Shown: positions 57,115 through 64,000 of the stretch, piece by piece | Layout of the letters: each line of letters starts with the position of its first letter | Position numbering within the stretch: position 1 is the stretch's first letter | Origin: a virus | DNA length: 64,000 nt | Direction: 5' to 3' (one strand) | IMG/VR virus record: IMGVR_UViG_3300027659_000010 | Notes under the pieces: generated by a model | The model's input: only the letters and a program-made list of their open reading frames with translations | Database searches by the model: none | Told to the model about the DNA's origin: nothing | Translations under genes and position numbers: made by a program

Positions 57115-57863
57115 AAATAGGGTTTTATGGTGATAGTTATTGCGTGAAAATAGATTCGTTACACTGCCAATATCACAAATATCAAACATATATCAAACTT
57201 GTCAAGAATCATTATAATGCAGAAGTTATAAACCTAGGGGTGGGAGGTAGTAGTTATTGGGACTTGATGCTGAAACAGTTTCCACCTGCCTTAAACAATT
57301 TACCAGATATATGCATATTTTGTTGGACTGATCCTTCTCGTATATATAACCCGAGTACTAGAAATTTAGGTTCATGGGTAATGGAAAAAATTAATTACAT
57401 GGATCATCCTGGCCATATATTAAATCACAATACATACCTTGCAGCACAGAAATATTTTACACATTTGTATGATGACGAAAAGGCATTACACGAAGCATTG
57501 TCAGCATTTTATTTTTTTGATCGAGAAGTGCTTGCTCCTATACAAGATAAGACTAAAATTATTCACTTGTGGAGTTTTGGTATTCCGAGAAATACTGATT
57601 CTAATAATATCTATATTCCGGATAATCTTGATTATATTTACAGATGGAAGACTGGAGTTGAACTAAGACCTAGTTTAAAATGTTTTGGTAATCTCTCTGG
57701 GGATGTATTAGATGAAGGTCCGGTGCCTAATCATTTATATGGTAATCTGAATAATACATTACTTGCAGATTTTATTATAGAAGCCATCAATGAGCATCAC
57801 AATGGAAAATTACTAACCAAAGACGATATTGTAGAACAAAATCGACTATACAAAATTTCATAA
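57111..57863 (+). CDS. SGNH/GDSL-like hydrolase or acyltransferase
   Basis: FYGDSY, NLGVGGSS, WT...R, PNHL. Confidence 0.6.
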   Translation: MKIGFYGDSYCVKIDSLHCQYHKYQTYIKLVKNHYNAEVINLGVGGSSYWDLMLKQFPPALNNLPDICIFCWTDPSRIYNPSTRNLGSWVMEKINYMDHPGHILNHNTYLAAQKYFTHLYDDEKALHEALSAFYFFDREVLAPIQDKTKIIHLWSFGIPRNTDSNNIYIPDNLDYIYRWKTGVELRPSLKCFGNLSGDVLDEGPVPNHLYGNLNNTLLADFIIEAINEHHNGKLLTKDDIVEQNRLYKIS

Positions 57864-58985
57864 ATGCCATGTTGGTATAGTATCGAACAAACTTGCTTTT
57901 AAACTAAAGTAAATTTCTGCATCAAATTTATCATTAATGGCCTTTAATAATTTTTCTTCTTTAAATTTACGATATTCAAGGCTGTAAAAAAATGTTGTTC
58001 CTTCGTAATTAAATATGTTTGAAAGATTTATTAGTGTATTACCTATGCTTGTGTCCACATAATCTAACAAATTATCGTTGCCTAGAAGATCACACTTTAC
58101 AAATTTGTAATCAGGATATTGCTTCTGCCAATAATCTAAAGACGATTTGTTGTAATCATACATAATTACTGTTCCATTATCGGATAGATATTCAGCAAAC
58201 CACACTCCACTAGCAGGAGTAACAATCTGATCATATTTCTTTACAGGAAGATCTACAGTTTCGGTGTTAGCTGTATGAACGTATGTATCGTGGCAATAGT
58301 TTAGTCGATGGTATGCCCAACTTAATTGCTTGTAAAAATCATCAGGACTCTCGGGATAGAAATGTTTTTTATTATTCCTAAGTTCTTCGTCAAACACTAA
58401 CATAGTATAACCTTCTTCGAAACCTTTGCTAAGTATATTCCAACCGTGGCATTGGTGATTATATTGTTTAGTATCATCCCCTACGCTGACCCATTTAGGA
58501 GTAAAGTCGTCGTGCCAATTTTCACGGCTACGCCAGGGCATCCACTGCTTGTGTTTTGCTCCTAGTTGCTGTTTTCCTATTTTTGGATTACCTAGTTGTT
58601 TATAATGCTTTAAGTTAATAACATAACATTGGTGATGCAATTCATAATACGCATCACTTCGATCTAATATATGTCCTGCTATAAAAAAATCTTTTGTAAT
58701 CAGATTTGATAATGCATCAAAGAATGCTGTTCCGTTGATAAATTCTGTACCAGTGCTTACTACTAATGCAAAGTCATATTCTAATGTAGATACATGATTA
58801 ATCAGTGCGTCCTCATCTACCCATTGAAAAACAGTATAACCTTTTTTGTATAGATTAGATAAAACTCCGTCTGCTTGATTTTTTATTAATTGGCGGATCT
58901 CGGGCTGATACTGTCTTGTGTTATCAACAAAACATACAGCTATGTTTCTATCCCATCCGGGATTAAATTCTAGAATGTTTATCAT
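57858..58985 (-). CDS. hypothetical enzyme (possible GT-A plus methyltransferase-like regions)
   Basis: 375 aa; AGHILDR..YYELHHQCY.INL; C-terminal YDY..CDLL..LSNIF. Confidence 0.5.
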   Translation of the reverse strand: MINILEFNPGWDRNIAVCFVDNTRQYQPEIRQLIKNQADGVLSNLYKKGYTVFQWVDEDALINHVSTLEYDFALVVSTGTEFINGTAFFDALSNLITKDFFIAGHILDRSDAYYELHHQCYVINLKHYKQLGNPKIGKQQLGAKHKQWMPWRSRENWHDDFTPKWVSVGDDTKQYNHQCHGWNILSKGFEEGYTMLVFDEELRNNKKHFYPESPDDFYKQLSWAYHRLNYCHDTYVHTANTETVDLPVKKYDQIVTPASGVWFAEYLSDNGTVIMYDYNKSSLDYWQKQYPDYKFVKCDLLGNDNLLDYVDTSIGNTLINLSNIFNYEGTTFFYSLEYRKFKEEKLLKAINDKFDAEIYFSLKASLFDTIPTWHL

Positions 58986-59718
58986 ACTGTTTTATATAAC
59001 TTCGAACAACCAACTCTGCAAATGCTTCTTTTTTAATACCAGGAATACCGTGCGATATTAAGTGTACTCTAGGAATGTGAGAAAGATTGATAACACTATG
59101 ATAGTTCCTTATGTTAACAATAAATGCTCGACCTTCTTTAAAAGGAACAACTCCATACCCTTGAACTGATAGATAACAATTATCTGGATGATGAATAGCT
59201 ACATTAATTGGTACTCCGAAATCTAACATATCAAGATCATTTTCTCCCGGCAGTTTTCCAGGTGCATCGCTATGAGGATTAATATATCCGTTAGATTCTA
59301 CCTGCATAAATCTTATTCTGCGATAAGACTCGTAAGGGAAATCTTTCCAAAAAGATTTTATAGAAGGAGTCTGTTCCGATAAAGATGTCCAATTATAAGG
59401 AACTTGAGATTCATCAGTATAGCCATAGTTCGTCCAGGCTCCTGTTTTATCAACATCAATACCGTGTATACAACAACTGTTCCATCCCTTGCTGTCTGTT
59501 TCTCTATGTGGTACTAAGCGAAATGTAGATTTGTCTGATTCTCTTTGCCAGTTTTCGACATCAATGTCCATATCAAGTTCTAACCATCCTATCTTGGAAT
59601 AGTTTAAAATCCATCGGGCAATCTGCAGATTGCCGAGAAGGTCTTCTGGTATTTGTGGAGTCTTCCAAATTATATCTTTGTTCTTCAAATAAAAATCAAA
59701 TGCTGTCTGGATATTCAT
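58963..59718 (-). CDS. AspH-like Fe(II)/2OG oxygenase
   Basis: RIRFM...GYINPHSD..INVAI..HSVIN..RVHLI. Confidence 0.75.
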   Translation of the reverse strand: MNIQTAFDFYLKNKDIIWKTPQIPEDLLGNLQIARWILNYSKIGWLELDMDIDVENWQRESDKSTFRLVPHRETDSKGWNSCCIHGIDVDKTGAWTNYGYTDESQVPYNWTSLSEQTPSIKSFWKDFPYESYRRIRFMQVESNGYINPHSDAPGKLPGENDLDMLDFGVPINVAIHHPDNCYLSVQGYGVVPFKEGRAFIVNIRNYHSVINLSHIPRVHLISHGIPGIKKEAFAELVVRSYIKQYDKHSRI

Positions 59719-59757
59719 ATAAGTAGTTATCTGCGTATTTAAAGAATAAGTAGTTAT

Positions 59758-60615
59758 ATGACTGTACCACCTAACGATAAAAGATCGCTACCCTATGGCG
59801 GATCATTTGCTATTATGGATCCGGAAACTTTGGACATCCTACCTCAGGCTATGAATGTAGATGCCGAGACATTTTGTAAAAGATACTCAGAGTGGATAAA
59901 ATCCACTGAACTAAACACTATTACAGGAATAGAACACTTTCCATACGCTGTATTTTCTAACGGAACTACAGAAGCATTTGATAAGTTCTATATCAAAAAT
60001 AATAAACGACGATTTCGCTGCTTCAAAGGAGAATATATCTATCATCAAGTGACCTGGAGGAGCAGCTGGCCGAATTGGCAATTTATAGAAGATGCTCCAT
60101 TAGAAACTAACGATGCAGTGATTATCAGCCTACCATTTAGCGACACAGGGAACGAACATTCCAAAATGGGAGAAACTTTGCGTATCTGTACAGAACTTGA
60201 AATTCCTGTATTAGTTGACTGTGTGTATTTTGGTGTATGTTCTAACATAGATTTTAATTTTAATTTTGACTGCATTACAGATATTACGTTTAGTCTATCA
60301 AAAGCATTTCCTTTAGCATATGCTCGTGTTGGTATGAGATTGACTAGAGAGGACAATGACGATTCTTTGTTAATGATGCACAAGATCGATTACACCAATA
60401 GAGTGGGAGCAGGATTAGGATATAAAATGATCGAAAGATTTTCTCCAGATTTTATTGTTCAGCGTTATAAGAAACGTCAAATAGAACTTTGTAAGACTCT
60501 TGGTATTAAATCTAGTAATACTGTGTTGTTTGGTATAGACGAACACAATCGTTATCCAGAATACAACAGAGGCGGTTCAACAAATCGTCTGGGATTATAC
60601 AAGCACTATGTATAA
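59758..60615 (+). CDS. PLP-dependent (fold I) enzyme
   Basis: GTTEAFD, GEY.YH, S.PF..TG, VLVDCVY, FSLSKAF (PLP Lys), RVGMR. Confidence 0.75.
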   Translation: MTVPPNDKRSLPYGGSFAIMDPETLDILPQAMNVDAETFCKRYSEWIKSTELNTITGIEHFPYAVFSNGTTEAFDKFYIKNNKRRFRCFKGEYIYHQVTWRSSWPNWQFIEDAPLETNDAVIISLPFSDTGNEHSKMGETLRICTELEIPVLVDCVYFGVCSNIDFNFNFDCITDITFSLSKAFPLAYARVGMRLTREDNDDSLLMMHKIDYTNRVGAGLGYKMIERFSPDFIVQRYKKRQIELCKTLGIKSSNTVLFGIDEHNRYPEYNRGGSTNRLGLYKHYV

Positions 60616-61645
60616 GATTGTTAATTTAGAAACATTTGCTATATCACAAGACACAGTTGAAGATTTATTAAAGCAAGAGATAGGTGATAGCAAACAGATT
60701 TTAGGGTTGCTATTATTAGATGGATTTCTTTTTAACAACAACTGTAACATAGATCTACTAGACAAAAGTATCGATCTGCATGTGGTGGCAGGCATAGTTA
60801 ACGATCAACATCAATACAATAATATAATTCATTTTGATTTTATGATGCATACTGTTTTCTTGGGATATAAAAATAAAGAAACATACATCTGGAATAAAAA
60901 TTCTAATAAATTTTTATTTCTAGGAGGAGTTCCTAACAGGCACAACAGAGCAGGTCTCCTGAATAAATTTAAAAAAAGCGATTTATTAAACGATTCAGTA
61001 TATACATTTTTTAAACCCTGGACCGAAGAACAAAAACAATGGTGTAAAAATAATGTAGATGGGTATGATAAGATAGTCGAGCAGTCTATAGACGATGTTT
61101 ATTCCGCATCTAAGCATTACGGAACCAATCCTTCTCAGAATGAATGGACGAAAAATATAGGATGGATCGAACCGGCAGTTTATAAGAATACCGCATTAAG
61201 CATAATTTCAGAAGGTGTAAGCAGCAGTGACTTAACTTCTAGATATCTTACAGAAAAGACCTACAGAGTATTTGTCCAACGCCATCCATTTTTACATGCT
61301 TCTACTCCGGAGATGTTTAAATACATTAAGGAATTAGGATTTAAAACTTTTGAAGAATATATGCTAATAAAAGATTATGCTTATTTGCCAAACGAACAAG
61401 ACAGGTTAGATGCTATTGTAAAAAATACAAAACATTTTCTAGCAAACTATCAAGCATACCAACTAGATATTGAAGCAGATATCGAGCATAATTACAATCT
61501 GTTTTACAAATTAGCAAACAAGAATTTAAAAACGTTGGATTATATAAAAAACAAATTTCATATAGAACAACACGAGATTGATAAATGGTTCAATCAAAAA
61601 GGATTCCATCATCTAGTGAGGGCATATGCTAGTCGAACACAATAA
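60608..61645 (+). CDS. glycosyltransferase-like protein (GT10/GT-B-like C-terminus)
   Basis: FLFLGG...HNR, SIISE, LTEKTYR, PF, LGFKTF..DY. Confidence 0.5.
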   Translation: MYKIVNLETFAISQDTVEDLLKQEIGDSKQILGLLLLDGFLFNNNCNIDLLDKSIDLHVVAGIVNDQHQYNNIIHFDFMMHTVFLGYKNKETYIWNKNSNKFLFLGGVPNRHNRAGLLNKFKKSDLLNDSVYTFFKPWTEEQKQWCKNNVDGYDKIVEQSIDDVYSASKHYGTNPSQNEWTKNIGWIEPAVYKNTALSIISEGVSSSDLTSRYLTEKTYRVFVQRHPFLHASTPEMFKYIKELGFKTFEEYMLIKDYAYLPNEQDRLDAIVKNTKHFLANYQAYQLDIEADIEHNYNLFYKLANKNLKTLDYIKNKFHIEQHEIDKWFNQKGFHHLVRAYASRTQ

Positions 61646-62273
61646 TTATCAGTACTATACTTTGTTAGAAGAACTGTTAGCCAGTCTTACTGCTACTGTA
61701 AATTCTAATCCTTGGAGAAATGTACTGTCAAGATTGTTAGAACTTCCCAAAGAAGATACCACCGAAGACGTATGGTGGGTGCTATCTACAGACAACGATA
61801 CACAAAAATACGAAACTAATTTTTCTATAAATTATGGTCGTGTAAACGAATCAAAGAATGGCTCTAGCTGGTTAGTAATTATGTTGGCCGACGACAGCTG
61901 GAAAGAAACGCATGACAATAAAATAATTGATAGTATTTTTTTTAAAGAAAAACAATTAATTAATAAGCTACCTGGAATAAGGATGGCAACACTATCTTTC
62001 ATCAGTGATAACACAGTAGTTCAGCATCACGTAGACGGTTATGAAAAGTTTGAAGACGACAGCTACTATTATCAATTGCTGTTAAATGCAGATGCTCCTA
62101 TATCCGATGACATATCGTTGATTATAGAAGATAAAAAATTTAGACAACAACCGAATAGTATATTCGGATTTGATTCACATTACCCCCACGGAGCTGAAAA
62201 TTTCTCAGGCGGTGACTGGATTGTTTTAAGTATTAAAATACAAAGAAAGTATTTTGAAAATAATATCAAATAA
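61626..62273 (+). CDS. AspH-like Fe(II)/2OG oxygenase
   Basis: ATLSFI...VQHHVD...FDSHYPHGAEN. Confidence 0.7.
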   Translation: MLVEHNNYQYYTLLEELLASLTATVNSNPWRNVLSRLLELPKEDTTEDVWWVLSTDNDTQKYETNFSINYGRVNESKNGSSWLVIMLADDSWKETHDNKIIDSIFFKEKQLINKLPGIRMATLSFISDNTVVQHHVDGYEKFEDDSYYYQLLLNADAPISDDISLIIEDKKFRQQPNSIFGFDSHYPHGAENFSGGDWIVLSIKIQRKYFENNIK

Positions 62274-63309
62274 TGATTGGGATCCTTTAAAGGAAATAAT
62301 TGTTGGCAGAGCAGACAACGCCCGTATTCCAACCGTAGATCGTAGTACTATGAGCATGAGTTATACAAACTATGACATAGAAAAAATTAAGCCGTTAGAA
62401 GGGCCTTACCCAAAATGGTTAATCGAAGAAGCCAACGAAGATGCAAATGAATTATGCAATGTGTTAACACTTGCTGGAGTTAAAGTACATCGTCCTTTGC
62501 CTATCGATCACAGCAAAACTTTTAGTACTCCGGATTGGACCACTACCGGGTGGTACACTTGGTGTCCCCGAGACCTGTTGTTGCCGTTAGATAACCTAAT
62601 GATTGAAACTCCTAGTCCATGCAGAAGCAGACAGTTTGAAACAACGGCTTATCATGATGTGATGATAGAGGCTATAACAGATGGGACCGAATGGATCTCT
62701 GCACCTAGGCCTAGACTGTTAGACGAGTCTTATCAATTCACCGATCTTAGAAAACCCAGTCTTAATAATCTTGAACCTATATTCGATGCCCCTAATTGTA
62801 TAAGATTAGGACGCGACATTTTATTTCAAATATCTAATACAGGTAATTGGTTAGGATTCCAGTGGTTAAAAAATACTTTAGAGTCCAGAGGTTATCGATT
62901 ACACGCAGCAGAACATATCTATAGTTTCGCACACTTTGACAGCACCATTATTCCTCTTCGTCCTGGTTTGGTATTGTTAAACAGCGCACGAGTAACACCG
63001 GAGAATTGTCCTAAATTATTTGAGAAGTGGGATAAGATTTATTTTAAAGACGTTAATGTTAATCCTGTTACACAATCTGGCCCGGGAAGTATTAGTCCGT
63101 GTAGTCCTTACATTGGAATGAACATTCTAAGTATCGATCAGAATACGGTAATAGTAGGAAAAGATCAAACTAATTTAATAAAGGTATTAGAGCAACACAA
63201 GTTCACAGTCATTCCAACACGCATGAGACATGCACAAACCCTCAGTGGAGGTTATCATTGTGCTACGTTAGATCTAGTAAGACAAGGCAACCTCGAGGAT
63301 TATTTTTAA
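62254..63309 (+). CDS. amidinotransferase (glycine/inosamine-phosphate AT family)
   Basis: DWDPLKEIIVG, CPRD, FDAPN, HFDST, MNILS, GGYHCATLD (catalytic D-H-C). Confidence 0.92.
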   Translation: MKIISNNDWDPLKEIIVGRADNARIPTVDRSTMSMSYTNYDIEKIKPLEGPYPKWLIEEANEDANELCNVLTLAGVKVHRPLPIDHSKTFSTPDWTTTGWYTWCPRDLLLPLDNLMIETPSPCRSRQFETTAYHDVMIEAITDGTEWISAPRPRLLDESYQFTDLRKPSLNNLEPIFDAPNCIRLGRDILFQISNTGNWLGFQWLKNTLESRGYRLHAAEHIYSFAHFDSTIIPLRPGLVLLNSARVTPENCPKLFEKWDKIYFKDVNVNPVTQSGPGSISPCSPYIGMNILSIDQNTVIVGKDQTNLIKVLEQHKFTVIPTRMRHAQTLSGGYHCATLDLVRQGNLEDYF

Positions 63310-64000
63310 TGCAAAATATTATCTCTAGATACATGATCAGTGATAATTTTATAGGATTACCTTTACATATGGGACATCAATACGATAAAAAAGATCTAGT
63401 TTCTAAAATCGATCTTTGGAAATATGTATTGAAATATAAATGTGCTGCACAATCCGGTGAATCTGTTCTCATAGGAATGCAGACACTTAATATTGATTAT
63501 CTTGCAGTGTGTTTCGCTGCGGCAGAATTGTCTTTAAAGATAGTGATAGTGGACTACACTAGAAATGATGATTTTTCAGATGTTACATATTTTGATCCAA
63601 AGACAAAAATACTATCACCTATAGATATATTTTTGCACGATTATTCAAAAAAAGAAATTGAAGAAAAGCCAAAAGCATTTTCTAAGTTTATATTTTTTTC
63701 AAATTGCTCAAATAGAACCTACAGTATAAAAGAAATAGATTTTACTGTCGATGATGAACAGTTCAAAATTTCTAAGAATATTTTCCCTAACCCGTCCAAC
63801 GTAGTGATGCGATGCACCAGCAGCGGTACTACGGGAACACCTAAAATAGTAGAACATACACACGAATTCTTGTACAAAGTTTCTATAAGAAATTCAAAAA
63901 AGTTTTCTGGAAAATGTTTACATGTAAGAAACCTAAATCACGGAAGTAGTTTAGCAGTATATCTTTTACCAACATTAATCAGCGACAAGGTAACTGGACA
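63309..64000 (+). CDS. adenylate-forming (AMP-binding/acyl-CoA ligase-like) enzyme, truncated by window end
   Basis: Not in track. TAATG-coupled ATG at 63309; MQNIISR...MRCTSSGTTGTPKIVEHTH (A3 P-loop)...NHGSS. Confidence 0.8.
   Translation, partial: MQNIISRYMISDNFIGLPLHMGHQYDKKDLVSKIDLWKYVLKYKCAAQSGESVLIGMQTLNIDYLAVCFAAAELSLKIVIVDYTRNDDFSDVTYFDPKTKILSPIDIFLHDYSKKEIEEKPKAFSKFIFFSNCSNRTYSIKEIDFTVDDEQFKISKNIFPNPSNVVMRCTSSGTTGTPKIVEHTHEFLYKVSIRNSKKFSGKCLHVRNLNHGSSLAVYLLPTLISDKVTG

Noticed and set aside
62254-63309. Amidinotransferase as archaeosine (G+) synthase
   Set aside because: Its motifs are of the glycine/inosamine-phosphate amidinotransferase (pentein) family, not ArcS, QueF-like or Gat-QueC.
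37359-64000. Island as an integrated mobile element or host contamination
   Set aside because: No integrase, transposase or terminal repeats were seen, and it uses the same TAAATA-type promoters as the phage structural genes. A chimeric assembly cannot be fully excluded without reads.

Overview
This is a 64-kb segment of a large, T4-like (jumbo-type) dsDNA tailed phage genome in the standard genetic code. It probably infects a Gram-negative host, given the i-/o-spanin pair and kdsA. Layout: (1) 1-2.6 kb, dnaJ and a lysis cassette (GH19 endolysin, two spanins, holin). (2) 2.6-8.3 kb, phoH, clamp-loader ATPase, GroES-like protein and a stand-alone mini fragment of DnaE. (3) 8.3-24.5 kb, baseplate and tail-fibre genes with modular repeats, including a lectin+LamG gene flanked by a 44-nt repeat scar. 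(4) 24.5-37.3 kb, uvsE, glycosyltransferases, kdsA, queD with a structured leader, hypothetical early genes, thyX, an Hc1-like protein and an unusual 111-nt tRNA-like RNA. (5) 37.4-64 kb, a mostly more AT-rich tailoring-enzyme island running off the window. The island holds 11 radical-SAM proteins, 8 Fe(II)/2OG-type oxygenases, 2 kinase-like proteins, 2 SDRs, and methyltransferase-like, QueC-like, GNAT-like, SGNH-like, PLP, glycosyltransferase-like, amidinotransferase and adenylate-forming genes. It is arranged as alternating divergent and convergent operons behind TAAATA/TAAGTA late-type promoters. Best candidates for new biology are this island, the tRNA-like RNA next to it, a decayed tRNA-Ser overlapping a small Cys peptide ORF inside it, the queD leader RNA and widespread leaderless transcripts. 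All calls come from reading motifs by eye; no searches were run.
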